A stretch of 64,000 bases of DNA from an uncultured delta proteobacterium (GCA_963761335.1 CAVXGR010000018.1:288001-352000), one strand, 5' to 3'. Positions 8,839-19,082 are shown, numbered from the stretch's first letter. The notes: generated by a model not told the origin, from the letters alone. Numbers and translations: made by a program.

Positions 8839-8975
8839 ATGCGACAATACTCAGCAAAACTGCCGTTTCAGTTTCGGCCGGTCCAAGACGGTTCGAGTCG
8901 GGGACGGCGGATCTGCGAAGAGAGGATCGTCCCATTCCAGGCACCGTCGGCGCGGCAGGCTCTCGTGCGTGCCTG
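8839..8975 (+). pseudogene. truncated cassette 3 gene, DUF4288-like N-terminus
   Basis: ATG 10 bp after attC2; MRQYSAKLPFQFR...RRICEERIVPFQAPSARQAL recalls DUF4288. Similarity ends after about 45 codons and no attC follows. Confidence 0.55.
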
Positions 8976-9017
8976 CGGTCTTCCTTCCGTGCGCCGTGGT
9001 GCTAGCTTGAAGCCGCC

Positions 9018-9230
9018 ATGCAGGGTCTGGGTCGCGCCCTCGTCTTTCTCGGGCTGATCATCGCCGCCGTCGGGCTGCTGCTCACCTTTGCCGGCAGGGT
9101 GCCGTGGCTCGGACGGCTGCCGGGGGACATCTACATCAAGCGCGACAACTTCACCTTCTACTTCCCGCTGGCCACCTCCATCCTCGTCAGCGTCCTCCTG
9201 ACCCTGATCTTCTGGCTTTTCCGCCGCTGA
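9018..9230 (+). CDS. DUF2905 family small membrane protein
   Basis: LGRLPGDIYIKRDNFTFYFPLATSILVS; this family is commonly found downstream of ruvB. Confidence 0.9.
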   Translation: MQGLGRALVFLGLIIAAVGLLLTFAGRVPWLGRLPGDIYIKRDNFTFYFPLATSILVSVLLTLIFWLFRR

Positions 9231-9247
9231 AATGCCTCCATGCCACC

Positions 9248-9556
9248 ATGCCCATCCGGTTCGACTGGAATTCACGTAAGGAGCGTAGCAACCGGCAGAA
9301 GCACCAGGTCGGCTTCGACGAGGCGAGTACGGTTTTCTCGGATTCCCTGTCGATCACAATCCCGGACCCCGATCACTCGAACGACGAAGAGCGCTGGGTG
9401 ACGATGGGCTTGTCGCATCGCCAGCGGCTCCTCGTCGTGGTACACACGGAAGAAGGTGAAAAAGAGATCGTCCGAATCATCAGCGCACGTCGGGCCGACT
9501 CGGACGAACGGAGGGAATATGAAGAAGGCCACCCGCGCAAAGGAGGAGGTGCGTGA
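9248..9556 (+). CDS. brnT: BrnT family toxin (second copy)
   Basis: FDWNSRKERSNRQKHQVGFDEA, DPDHSNDEERW, RIISARRA. Confidence 0.9.
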   Translation: MPIRFDWNSRKERSNRQKHQVGFDEASTVFSDSLSITIPDPDHSNDEERWVTMGLSHRQRLLVVVHTEEGEKEIVRIISARRADSDERREYEEGHPRKGGGA

Positions 9557-9818
9557 CCACTACGACTTTCGTGGCGGGATCCGCGGTAAGTACGCCGCTC
9601 GGTACGCCGAAGGGACGAACGTGGTCGTACTCGATCCCGACGTGGCCCAGATGTTCCCCGACCGGGAGTCGGTCAACGAGGCTCTTCGTGCAGTCGGCCA
9701 GGTCGTCGAGATGCGAGAGCGTCGAAAGGCCAGCTCGAGCAAGGGCCCTGCACCCGGGCGCGGCCGCGGAGCCGCTCGGGCGAAGCCCGCTGCGGCGCGT
9801 TCTGGCCGCGTCGGGTGA
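9519..9818 (+). CDS. putative BrnA-like antitoxin (second copy)
   Basis: YDF.GG.RGKYA..YAEGTNVVVLDPDVA..FPD.ESVNEALR; homologous to 7745-8020. Confidence 0.8.
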   Translation: MKKATRAKEEVRDHYDFRGGIRGKYAARYAEGTNVVVLDPDVAQMFPDRESVNEALRAVGQVVEMRERRKASSSKGPAPGRGRGAARAKPAAARSGRVG

Positions 9819-9834
9819 GCGCAAGCCGTTAGTA
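9734..9834 (+). mobile_element. degenerate attC site 3
   Basis: CTCGAGC (AAC changed to AGC)-AAGGGCCCTGCACCCGGGCGCGGCC...GGCCGCGTCGGGTGAGCGC-AAGCC-GTTAGTA. Confidence 0.65.
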
Positions 9835-10040
9835 GTCATGACAACACGCTCGAGCACTATCCACTGACCGCCTCCGGAATCGTCGTCCCGGTTCTCAGCT
9901 CTGTGGGGCGACGAGGCGTGAAGGCGCGCGCCGCGGTGCGCGCCCCTCCCGGCCGCCGGAAAGTTGTCACTGCGAGGAAGAACCTCACCGCGGTGCGGGC
10001 GTGATCGGCGGGGTCCCGGAATTGCGTACTCCTGCCGGCA

Positions 10041-12008
10041 ATGGCCATCCGTCGCCTGCTTTGCGCCCTGTCACTCGTCGTGCTCGCCGCTCTGCCGGCG
10101 GGCGCCGCCGAACGCATTGCGCGTTTCCACGCCGACATCGACGTGCGGCCCGATGGCGATCTGCTGGTCACCGAAACCATCGAGGTTCGCTCCGAGGGAA
10201 AGCAGATCCGTCACGGAATCTATCGCGACTTCCCGGTGACCTCGGTGTCCTGGCTGGGCTTGAAGCGGCAGCACGGCTTCGAGGTGATGCAGGTCGAACG
10301 CGACGGGCGGCCCGAGGCCTACCGCATGGTGCCGTCTCCGGAGCGCGGCGAGACGCGCGTCTACATCGGCGATGCGTCGCAGCAGCTGATGCCGGGAACG
10401 TACACCTACACGCTCCGCTATCGCACCTCCGAGCAGCTCCGCCATCACGCCGATCGCGACGAGCTGTACTGGAACGTCACCGGCAACCGCTGGAGCTTTC
10501 CCATCGACGAGGCCAGCGTGCGGGTGCATCTGCCCGCGTCCTTCTCTGCCCGCGACCTCGAGGTGAACGGCTGGACGGGGGCGAGGAGTTCGAAGCGCCG
10601 CGCTTGGGAAACCGTGGCCGGCGATGCGGACGCGATCTCCATGCGGACTACCGCCCCTCTCGGCAGGAACGAGGGCTTCACCATCGGCATTCTCTGGCCC
10701 GCTGGGGCGGTGGCGCGGGTGGAGCAGATGGAAGAGGTGCGGGCGCTGCTGCTGCAGAACCAAGGCTCGGTCGCGGCGGCGGCGGCGACGCTGCTTGCCA
10801 TTCTTCTCTACACCTTGGCCTGGCTGGCGGTGGGTCGCGATCCGCCGAGCGGCGTTGGCCCGAGCCCCGCTGGACCCGGTAGCGACAGCGCCGTCTTCGG
10901 GGGAAATGCGCTTCCGCGGGAATCGCCTCCCGAAGGAGTATCGCCGGCGGTGGCGCGCTATCTCCGCCGGATGACCTACGACCACGGCTGCGCCGCGGCC
11001 GCACTCTTGGCGGCGGCGCAGCGCGGCGACGTCGAGCTGCAGAAGAACGAGGACAAGTTCGTCCTGCACCGCGCCGCCGGCAAGCCGCCTGCGAGCGGAT
11101 CTGCGGAAGAGGTCGCGCTCGTCGAGGATCTGCTGGGAAGCGAACGCCATTCCCTGACCCTCAGCGGCCTCGAGCGCACCGTGATCGTTCCGGCCCTGAA
11201 GCACTTCCGCCGCGCACTCGAGACGCAGGTCCTCGGACCCCTCGTCGTCAACAATGCCGTATGGCTGATTCCCGGAGCCGTGCTCTCGCTGCTCGGCGTG
11301 GGGATCAGTGTCGCTGGCAGTGCGCAGCCGGGGGGCGGACTCTTCCTGCTCGTATGGCTGAGCATCTGGACCCTAGGCGTCGTGCAGCTGGTGCGCGGTG
11401 CCGTGCAGGCCTGGGGGCGGACCGTGCGCCGCCGTCACCGCGGCGCCTCCCTCTTCGCTGCACTGCTGCTCACCGTCTTCTGTATCCCCTTCGTGGGCGG
11501 CGAGCTCTTCGGCCTGGTGATGCTCGCCAGGCTCTCGAGCCCCTGGACCGCTGGCGCTCTGGTGATCGGCGTGATGGCGCTTTTGGTTTTCTCCCAGTTG
11601 ATGAAACGCCGCACGGTGGAAGGGCGTATACGCCTGGACGAGGTCGAGGCATACGGGCGCTGGCTGCGCTCGAGCCTGTATCAACTGGTCACCGCCGATC
11701 CCGATCCGGAGCGCGCCGCGGCGCTCTACGGGAATCATCTGCCGTGGGTGGTGGCGCTCGATCTCGAGCAGCAGCTGAGCGACGGCATCGTCAGCGCGCT
11801 GGCGTCTTCGCAGAACGCTCCGTCGGCCCCGCATCTCTTTCCGGACCACACTCCGAGCACCTGGCCGCTGGCGGGGGCGGGCATCGGCGACTGTCTCGGC
11901 ACCAGTCTCGCTTCGGCATTCGCCAGCGCCTCGTCGAGCAGCTCGAGCAGCGGCGGAGGCGGCAGCTCCGGCGGAGGCGGCGGGGGAGGAGGGGGCGGCG
12001 GCTGGTGA
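10041..12008 (+). CDS. DUF2207 family membrane protein
   Basis: Signal peptide, VTETI, HGIYRDFP, ELYWNVTG..W.FPID, several TM helices, terminal GGGGGGGW. Confidence 0.9.
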   Translation: MAIRRLLCALSLVVLAALPAGAAERIARFHADIDVRPDGDLLVTETIEVRSEGKQIRHGIYRDFPVTSVSWLGLKRQHGFEVMQVERDGRPEAYRMVPSPERGETRVYIGDASQQLMPGTYTYTLRYRTSEQLRHHADRDELYWNVTGNRWSFPIDEASVRVHLPASFSARDLEVNGWTGARSSKRRAWETVAGDADAISMRTTAPLGRNEGFTIGILWPAGAVARVEQMEEVRALLLQNQGSVAAAAATLLAILLYTLAWLAVGRDPPSGVGPSPAGPGSDSAVFGGNALPRESPPEGVSPAVARYLRRMTYDHGCAAAALLAAAQRGDVELQKNEDKFVLHRAAGKPPASGSAEEVALVEDLLGSERHSLTLSGLERTVIVPALKHFRRALETQVLGPLVVNNAVWLIPGAVLSLLGVGISVAGSAQPGGGLFLLVWLSIWTLGVVQLVRGAVQAWGRTVRRRHRGASLFAALLLTVFCIPFVGGELFGLVMLARLSSPWTAGALVIGVMALLVFSQLMKRRTVEGRIRLDEVEAYGRWLRSSLYQLVTADPDPERAAALYGNHLPWVVALDLEQQLSDGIVSALASSQNAPSAPHLFPDHTPSTWPLAGAGIGDCLGTSLASAFASASSSSSSSGGGGSSGGGGGGGGGGGW

Positions 12009-12024
12009 TGCGCTGTTGCCGCCC

Positions 12025-12191
12025 GGGGACTGGCTCCTTTTCGGCGCACCAGTGCTTCATTCGAGGACCCGGCGTTTCAGCGCCGAAAAGGTGCCTGTCC
12101 CCTGGGGTTGGCGAAGGCGGGGACAGGCAACTTTTGCGCACCAGGCCGACGTTATCGTCAGAGTTCGAACCCGCAAAAGTAGCCTGTCCCC
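12025..12191. repeat. two tandem GGGGAC...GTCCCC elements (12025-12102, 12119-12191)
   Basis: Same terminal inverted repeats as 6844-6920; lies between convergent stop codons. Confidence 0.85.
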
Positions 12192-15100
12192 TTACACTCT
12201 CAGCAGCACCCCCACCGCTTTCTTCCCGGTCGCGGCGCGGACGCCCTCGACATACAGCGCGATCTGCCGGCGGTAGGCGTCGAGGTCGCGCTCCAGCTCG
12301 CGGTCGGTTTTGAAATCCACCACGGTCCAGGCGTCTTCTTCGAGAAACGCCAGGTCGACGATGCCGTCGACGATCAGCTCGCCTTCGCCGAGATAGGTCA
12401 CCGGCGTCTCGCGCCGGCAACGGCCGCGCGCCGCCGCTTGCCGGGCGCGCTCGAGGAGCGGATGTCGCAGGGCCTTGCGGACCGCGTCTGCGGCAGCGTC
12501 GATCTCCTCCGCCGTGGCGCCGAGCAGACGTCCCTGGAGCTGCGCCGCGGCGGTCACGGCGCCGCCTTCCGCTTCGAGAGACGCAGTCGCGAGAACGGCG
12601 TGAACGAGAGCTCCGAAGCGCGGTCCCGCCGGCCTCTCGGCGGCGCGCGCGATCTCGACGATCTGCACGAGGCCAGCCGCCGCCGGCAGGGGTACCCCCG
12701 ACGCGACCTCGCGGCGGGCCCGCTCGGTCGCGGTCTCCACCACGAGGCTCGGACGCGAGCCGCTCTCGACGGCGGCGTCGCGCCGCGCCTGCCAGCTCTC
12801 ATAGGTGCGCAGGTCGGCGTCGACCACCTTCTCGCCGATCTTCTTACCGATCAGATCCTCCTGGCGGATGCCGAATCCCAGACGCGCTCCGAGATCGAGA
12901 CTCGCCGGGTCCCACCACACCACCTCGTAGCCATCGAAGCGGTGCAGCCCAGGTCTCATTCCGGCGGCAGAGAAGGCGATGTCGGGCGGCCGCTTCAGGA
13001 CCGTGTCGCCTCCGAAGGCGGGGCAGCCCGGCGCTGCCGCCGCCCGCGTCCAGGCGTCGCGCTCGGCATAGACGGTGGCGTTCAGCGGGCTCACCCAGCC
13101 GCTGTCGAACTTCTCGTCGCCGACCGCCGGTACGACCAGCAGGTCGCGGGCGCGAGTCGCGGCGACGTAGGCGACGCGCACGCCTTCGGCGCGATCGCGG
13201 GCGCCCTCGCCCTCCTCGTGCTCGAGCAGCTCGGCCGGCGACCACCCGGCGATGCGCAGCACGCAGACGCCGCGCTCGCTGTCGATGTAGCGGCTCGCCG
13301 GCGGCCGCCACATCTTGGCGGTGATGTCGGCGAGAATGACGACGGGAAACTCGAGGCCCTTGGCCTTGTGGACCGTCATCAGCCGCACGCCCTCGCTACC
13401 CTCCTCGAGGATGGGCGCCTCGGCAGTGCGGCCGCCGTCGGCGTCCTCGGCGAGCTGATCGACGAAGCCGCGAAAGGAGATGCCGCCGCCGCGCTCGTAG
13501 ACACGGGCGAGCTCGGCGAGGTGGAGCACGTTGGCGAGCGCCTGCTCGCCGGAGGGGCGCAGCACGAAGCCGGCATGGGCCCGGGTGGCCTCCAGCAGCC
13601 GATCGATGGTCTCCGCGACCGGCAGGCGATTTCGCCGGCGATGCAGGTGGGCGAGGATTCCCAGCGCCTCGCCGATCGGTGCCAGGCGAAGGGAGAGGTC
13701 GGTGGGAACGCGGAACGGGTGCAGTCGGCCGTGCTCGTGTCGATACTCGAGCAGCTCCTCGTCGCCGACGGCGAAGAGGGAGCCCCGCACCGTGGCGAAT
13801 ACGGAGAGCTCGTCGTCGGGCCACTCGATGGCCGCCAGCGCCGTGCGCATCGTCTCCACCTCTTCGCGCTCGTGAAAGGACTTGCCGCCGACCAGAAGGT
13901 GGGGAATGGCGCGCGCCTCCAGCGCCTGGATGTAGTTGCGGGCCACGTCGCCGGCAAACATGCTGTCGAGCCGCCGGAAGAGAAGGCACACGTGTCGCGC
14001 GGCGAGCGGTACTCGCTCTCCGGGGCGCTCCCGCTCGGTCACCGTCCAGCCGCTCTTCTCGACCAGCCACTGGACGAAGGCGCCGACCGCGTCTGGCAGC
14101 GAGCGCTCGATCGCGCCCGCGGTGACATTGCGCACACCGTACGGGTGCGGCACGGGGAGGGCGACGATCGCCGGCTGCTCGGCGGACTCCTCGCGGCACT
14201 CGGCCAGCGGTACGTAGTCGGCCTGCAGCGAAGCCTGGTCGCCGGTCATCAGGGGAGCGAAGGCGGCGTTGACGGCGCGCTGGATCGAGGGCACGGCGCG
14301 GAAGCTGGTGGTCAGCTGCACGCAGGCGCCGCCGCCGCGGTCGAGGATGCCCTTCACTTCCAGATAGATGGCGACGTCGGCGCGCCGGAACCGATAGATC
14401 GACTGCTTCGGATCGCCGACGAGAAACAGCTTGCCGGGCCCCGGCTTCACCTCGCGCCAGTCGCTGATCGCGGCGTCGTCGCCGGCGAGGAGCAGCAGGA
14501 TCTCCGCCTGCAGTGGATCGGTGTCCTGGAACTCGTCCACGAAGATGTGGCTGAAGCGCCGCTGAAAGTCCTCGCGTACCGCCTTGCTGCCGCGGATCAT
14601 CTGGCGGGCGCGCACCAGCAGGTCGACGAAGTCGAGGCGACCGGCGCGCCGCTTCATCCCCTCGTAGCAGTCCACGGCCCCGAGCAGCTCCTGCTGCAGG
14701 AGGGCGGCCAGGTCGGCATCCGCGGCGCGCGCGAAGGCCTGGAGCTCGCGGCACAGGTCCCCGTGCGCCGCCAGCACGGTGGTGCGCTCCAGGCCGTCGC
14801 CGTAGGCGGCGCCGTAGCCGCGCCGCGGCCGGCCGAAGTCGCGGTTCGACGCGAGCTCGACGAAGCGGGCCTCGAGGCCGTCGTAGTCGCGGCTGCGCAC
14901 CGCCTCGCCGGTACGGATGTCGGCGCTCAGCCGCCGCGCCGGCTCGGTGTCCTTGTAGAGGCCGTCTCGCTCCCGATTGCGGCAACGGCGGGTCAGCACC
15001 GCGAACTCGTGCAGCCGTTCGACCAGCACGTCGATCTCTCCGGCGCGAGCCCAGGCGTCGCGGCGCCAGGGAGCGGGGAAGTCGCGCCACATGGCGAGAG

Positions 15101-15659
15101 TGCGGCCCGCCGTCTGCAGGCGTCCGGCCGGCCCATCGCTGTCGTATCGCGAGCTGCGCCGCAGCGAGCGGCGCACGCCCTCCGGCGGGTCCTGGAGCTG
15201 CTCCTGCAGCCAGAGAGAGAAGGCGCTGTGAAAGAGACGATCCGACTCGGCCTCGGTCATGACCCGGAATTCCGGATCGACCTGCGCCTCGACGGGTCGC
15301 TCGCGCAACAGGTCGGCGCAGAAGCCGTGGATGGTGCCGACGCGCGCCTCCTCGAGGCGCGCCAGCGCCAGCTCGAGATGATCGCGTTCGGCGCTCTCGG
15401 GCGCCGAGATCTGTCTCGCCCTCTCCAGCTCGGCGCGCAGCCGCAGCTTGAGCTCGCCCGCCGCTTTCTCGGTGAAGGTCACTGCCACCAGGCTGCCGAC
15501 CGTGGCGCGCCCGCCGGCGAGCACGGCGACGATGCGGTTCACCATCTCGGTCGTCTTGCCGGTTCCCGCCGCAGCTTCGACGAGCATATTGACGTCGAGG
15601 TCGCTGCGAATGCGGGCGCGGGCTTCGGCGTCGACGAAGGTATCGGTGCTACGGCTCAT
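12192..15659 (-). CDS. addA: AddA-like UvrD helicase/nuclease
   Basis: AAAGTGKT, VTFTEKAA, VDEFQDT, VGDPKQSIYRFR, MTVHKAKGLEF, YVAATRARD, C-terminal nuclease GIVDL...VDFKT. Confidence 0.88.
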   Translation of the reverse strand: MSRSTDTFVDAEARARIRSDLDVNMLVEAAAGTGKTTEMVNRIVAVLAGGRATVGSLVAVTFTEKAAGELKLRLRAELERARQISAPESAERDHLELALARLEEARVGTIHGFCADLLRERPVEAQVDPEFRVMTEAESDRLFHSAFSLWLQEQLQDPPEGVRRSLRRSSRYDSDGPAGRLQTAGRTLAMWRDFPAPWRRDAWARAGEIDVLVERLHEFAVLTRRCRNRERDGLYKDTEPARRLSADIRTGEAVRSRDYDGLEARFVELASNRDFGRPRRGYGAAYGDGLERTTVLAAHGDLCRELQAFARAADADLAALLQQELLGAVDCYEGMKRRAGRLDFVDLLVRARQMIRGSKAVREDFQRRFSHIFVDEFQDTDPLQAEILLLLAGDDAAISDWREVKPGPGKLFLVGDPKQSIYRFRRADVAIYLEVKGILDRGGGACVQLTTSFRAVPSIQRAVNAAFAPLMTGDQASLQADYVPLAECREESAEQPAIVALPVPHPYGVRNVTAGAIERSLPDAVGAFVQWLVEKSGWTVTERERPGERVPLAARHVCLLFRRLDSMFAGDVARNYIQALEARAIPHLLVGGKSFHEREEVETMRTALAAIEWPDDELSVFATVRGSLFAVGDEELLEYRHEHGRLHPFRVPTDLSLRLAPIGEALGILAHLHRRRNRLPVAETIDRLLEATRAHAGFVLRPSGEQALANVLHLAELARVYERGGGISFRGFVDQLAEDADGGRTAEAPILEEGSEGVRLMTVHKAKGLEFPVVILADITAKMWRPPASRYIDSERGVCVLRIAGWSPAELLEHEEGEGARDRAEGVRVAYVAATRARDLLVVPAVGDEKFDSGWVSPLNATVYAERDAWTRAAAAPGCPAFGGDTVLKRPPDIAFSAAGMRPGLHRFDGYEVVWWDPASLDLGARLGFGIRQEDLIGKKIGEKVVDADLRTYESWQARRDAAVESGSRPSLVVETATERARREVASGVPLPAAAGLVQIVEIARAAERPAGPRFGALVHAVLATASLEAEGGAVTAAAQLQGRLLGATAEEIDAAADAVRKALRHPLLERARQAAARGRCRRETPVTYLGEGELIVDGIVDLAFLEEDAWTVVDFKTDRELERDLDAYRRQIALYVEGVRAATGKKAVGVLLRV

Positions 15660-18600
15660 GGCCTGCTCCGCAGCTCGAGCAGATCGGCGAGCAGAGCCCG
15701 GTCCTTGCTCTGCACGCGGATTTCCTCGTAGGGGCCGCAGACGCAGCGGAAATCACAGGTCTTACAGGCGTCCTGGCGCGGCGCCGGCGGCAGCACGCCG
15801 CCGGCAATGGCGCGGTCGATGATCTCCAGCACCTCGCGGCCGCTGGCGCGCGCGGCGTCGTCGATGACCACGGTGCGCTCACCGAAGCCGCCGCGGGAGG
15901 TGCAGAAGAACAGGCGCGCCTCGGCCACCGGCTTCTCGGTTCGCGCTTCGACGGCGAGGCTGTAGAGAACCGGCTGCAGGATCTCGCCGCCGCCGATGCG
16001 CATGCCGGCGGCGGTGTGATCGCTCCCGGTCTTGTAGTCGGTGACGCGCAGGAGCTGGTCGCGGCGGGAGCGCTCGATCAGGTCGATCGAGCCGCGCAGC
16101 ACGGCGCCGCCCGGCAAGGTGACCGGATCCTCGCGACTCGCCGTGTCGCGCTCAGCAGACGGCGGCAGGCCGAAGCCCAGCTCGAAATACAGGGGCTCCC
16201 ACTCGCCGCCCGACTCCGCGGTCCTCGTCAGCCAGGCGCGCAGATCGGCGCGCATGGCGGCGATCTCGTCCTGCCACACGCGCAGGATGGGCGGCGCCAC
16301 CTGGTCGTGCACCTGGCCGGCCACCTCGTCGAGAATTTGGTCGAGAGCGGCGCGGGCATCGCCGAGACTGGCGTCGCCGCACGGCAGCGCGCCTTGAGCT
16401 CGCAGCTGTCTCAGGGTTTCCGCCTGCACGCGGTGGAACATGGCCCCGCGCGTCAGCGGATCGAGTCTCTCCAGGGCATTTGCCTGCGGGCGCGGCTCCA
16501 AGCGGTGAATGGCGGAGAGGAGAAACTGATAGGGGCAGACGGCGTATCTCTGCAGAGCCGACACGGAGTAGGGCCGCGCTGCCAGACGACTTGCCGCCAG
16601 CGCGGCGGCAGTCGTCTCGGTCGAGCGCACCAGGCCGTCGTATGCTGACCAGCCGGAGCGCCATCGGGACCAGCGGGTGCGCAACGAGCGGCCGAGGTGT
16701 TGGTTGAGCTGGAGCAGGTAGCGGGCGCGGCCGCGTGACTTCGACGGGTCGGTCTGGTGCAGCAGCCCGCCGAGAACGGCGAGGTCATGCTCGATCGGGT
16801 CGACGGCACGCCGCGGGTCCGGCGGTGCGGGCCAGGCGAGGCGCGCCTGCACCTCTGCGGCGGCCTGGCGCTCGAGCTGCTCGAAGTCGGGAATGGTGCC
16901 GCGGGTGGCGCGGGCCACGTCCAGCCCGTAGAAGGATGTCACCCGCGGGCGTGCCTCGGCCACGTCGACGCGCGGGTACGAGAGCACCACGCGGCGTTGC
17001 GCGGCGCCCACCGCCAGGCGCAGGAGAAGGCGTTCGGCGTCGACGCGTTCATCCTGGGTGCGCAGTGCGATGTCCAGCCGGCGGCGTGCGCCGTCAAGCA
17101 GCAGAGGGTCCTCACGGGGGCGCTGCGGGAAGAGGCGCTCGGCGAGACCGGGAACGAAGACGACGGCGAAGCTGCGCCCGCGCGCTTCCTCGGCGGTGCC
17201 GACGAAGACGCGCCCGTAGCGGTACGCCGGCGGATCCTCCTCGAGGGTGGAGAGCCGATCGGCGAGGACCTCATGCACCTCGTCGATGGAGACCGGGCCG
17301 ACCTCCGCCATGGGCTCGAGCTCGGCCAGGACGCGGAGGACGCGCTGCGGGCGGCGCAGGACCATGGGCGCCAGGCGCGCGAAGGCGTTCAGCCAGGCAC
17401 CCCAGCTCTGCTGCGCCGGCTGTGCGGCGAGATAGTCGATCACCGGAACGGCGAAGGATTTCAGATGCCTGAGATTGTCGAGCTCGCGTTGCCGCGCCTC
17501 GATTCGCTGAGGCTCCGGATCCCGGGCGCGGAGCTCCTCGAGCTGCAGGGCCAGCTCGTTCTCGAGGCCGTCGAGACGCCGCCGCCAGCGGTCGGCGCCG
17601 CCGAGCACCGCGGCCTCGACGAGAAGCTCCTCCCAGCGCCACGGTGCCGCCAGGCTCCCGTCGCTCTTTTCTTCGCTCGGCGATTCCGTCGAGGATGCCT
17701 CCGCCGCGGCCTGACGGGAAGCCGCAGCCACGGCGGCGGCGGCATCGTCCTCGCTGCCGGCCCAGAGCTCGCGGTTCGCCGGCGGTGCACCGGCACAGTC
17801 GAGGTCGGGGACCTGAGCAAAGGCCAGGTACTCAGCGAAGCGGCGCGCCGATAGGCCTTCGGAGAGACAGGCGAGCAGGGAGAGGAAGGCGCGTCCGGTC
17901 GGATCGGGCCGCCGGCTGCCGCGGGCGAAGTATGCGGGGATAGCGGCGCGGCGAAATGCGGCCGCGAGCAGCGGCGAGTAGATCTCCGGAGCCCGTAGGA
18001 AAACGGCGATCTGATCGAATGGAATCGCTCCCGAGGGCGAGGCGCCACCTCGCGCCTCCTCGAGAATCTTGCGCGCGATCTCGACGCACTCCCGTCCTTC
18101 CCCGGGGGCCGAGAAGAAACAGACCTCGTCGTCCAGCGGTCCGGAGGGCGGCGGCTCCTGGGAGAACAGATACGATCGCAGGCGGGCGAGCCCCGGCGCC
18201 GAGGCGACGGCGGTGGCGCCTGCTTGGGTCACGGCGCCGAGCGGCGCCATCGCCGCCATGGTCTCCCCATCTCCTGCGGCTATCGTGGCGAGCGCCTCGC
18301 CGGCGGCGCCGCACAGGGCGGCGACAAAGGCGCGTTCCGCAGGGGACCGGACCGGCACGTCGAGCAGGAGCAGGGGCGCGCCGCGGAAGGCGAAGCTGCC
18401 GTCCGCCGCTGCCGTGGCGGCGAGGTCGAGCAGGGCGGTGCGATCGGCGAGCGAAGCGCCGGCGAGCTGCTCCTGGTAGAGATCCAGCAGCGCCGCAAGA
18501 TCGTCGGCGGCCGGCGAGATGCCGCGCAGAGCGGCCGGGCGGGCGCCGGCGAGGCGGAGCTCACCCAGAGTCGTGGCCAGGGCGCGCGAGAATCCCGGGC

Positions 18601-18940
18601 AGCGCGCCACCGGCTCGAAGTAGCGCACCTGCCCGCGGCGCTCCGCCTCGAAGGTCAGCCGCGCCGCGATCGAGATGGTGCCGAGCGCCGTCAACGGCGC
18701 CAGGCCGCGCTGCGCCAGCTCCGGTGCCGCCAGCTGCGAGGCGAGCTGGAGGAGCGTGAAGCGGTGCAGGCCGAAGGACGCGACACCGTCTCCGGCCAGC
18801 CGGCGCACCAGATCGTCGGCGGCCTCGCGCGACGCCGCGACGATGACGATCTCCGTGCCGGGCGGATGCGAGCGAAGAAAAGCGACCGTCTCCTCGAGGC
18901 GCTCGGCGGAGGACGGTGAATGGACGATCTGTACGGTCAA
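15656..18940 (-). CDS. addB: AddB-like PD-(D/E)XK nuclease subunit with Fe-S staple Cys
   Basis: Degenerate helicase region, SVSALQRYAVCPYQF, GSIDLIE...DYKTG, CxxCxxxxxC; ATGA-coupled to addA. Confidence 0.85.
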   Translation of the reverse strand: MTVQIVHSPSSAERLEETVAFLRSHPPGTEIVIVAASREAADDLVRRLAGDGVASFGLHRFTLLQLASQLAAPELAQRGLAPLTALGTISIAARLTFEAERRGQVRYFEPVARCPGFSRALATTLGELRLAGARPAALRGISPAADDLAALLDLYQEQLAGASLADRTALLDLAATAAADGSFAFRGAPLLLLDVPVRSPAERAFVAALCGAAGEALATIAAGDGETMAAMAPLGAVTQAGATAVASAPGLARLRSYLFSQEPPPSGPLDDEVCFFSAPGEGRECVEIARKILEEARGGASPSGAIPFDQIAVFLRAPEIYSPLLAAAFRRAAIPAYFARGSRRPDPTGRAFLSLLACLSEGLSARRFAEYLAFAQVPDLDCAGAPPANRELWAGSEDDAAAAVAAASRQAAAEASSTESPSEEKSDGSLAAPWRWEELLVEAAVLGGADRWRRRLDGLENELALQLEELRARDPEPQRIEARQRELDNLRHLKSFAVPVIDYLAAQPAQQSWGAWLNAFARLAPMVLRRPQRVLRVLAELEPMAEVGPVSIDEVHEVLADRLSTLEEDPPAYRYGRVFVGTAEEARGRSFAVVFVPGLAERLFPQRPREDPLLLDGARRRLDIALRTQDERVDAERLLLRLAVGAAQRRVVLSYPRVDVAEARPRVTSFYGLDVARATRGTIPDFEQLERQAAAEVQARLAWPAPPDPRRAVDPIEHDLAVLGGLLHQTDPSKSRGRARYLLQLNQHLGRSLRTRWSRWRSGWSAYDGLVRSTETTAAALAASRLAARPYSVSALQRYAVCPYQFLLSAIHRLEPRPQANALERLDPLTRGAMFHRVQAETLRQLRAQGALPCGDASLGDARAALDQILDEVAGQVHDQVAPPILRVWQDEIAAMRADLRAWLTRTAESGGEWEPLYFELGFGLPPSAERDTASREDPVTLPGGAVLRGSIDLIERSRRDQLLRVTDYKTGSDHTAAGMRIGGGEILQPVLYSLAVEARTEKPVAEARLFFCTSRGGFGERTVVIDDAARASGREVLEIIDRAIAGGVLPPAPRQDACKTCDFRCVCGPYEEIRVQSKDRALLADLLELRSRP

Positions 18941-19082
18941 GCCTGTCTACCTGGACGACGTTCGGGCATGGGAGATAACGTCTGGGCCGGTACTCCCACC
19001 GCCAGGTGGTGTCTCTCTCGTTCCTGTGATCGAATCCTCCGCCGCTGTCAAATGGGACCCAGCCCCTCTTCGCCGCAACTGA

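Noticed and set aside
11930..12008. Ser/Gly low-complexity GGC repeats
   Set aside because: This is the normal C-terminal tail of DUF2207 proteins.
12438..15731. Very long antisense ORFs (also 1692-3458, 20635-22476, 31708-33402, 49980-51959)
   Set aside because: Shadow frames of real genes in high-GC DNA, with no recognisable motifs.
12192..18940. Helicase-nuclease pair as a novel anti-phage system
   Set aside because: Size, motif order and the Fe-S staple cysteines fit a housekeeping AddAB repair complex.
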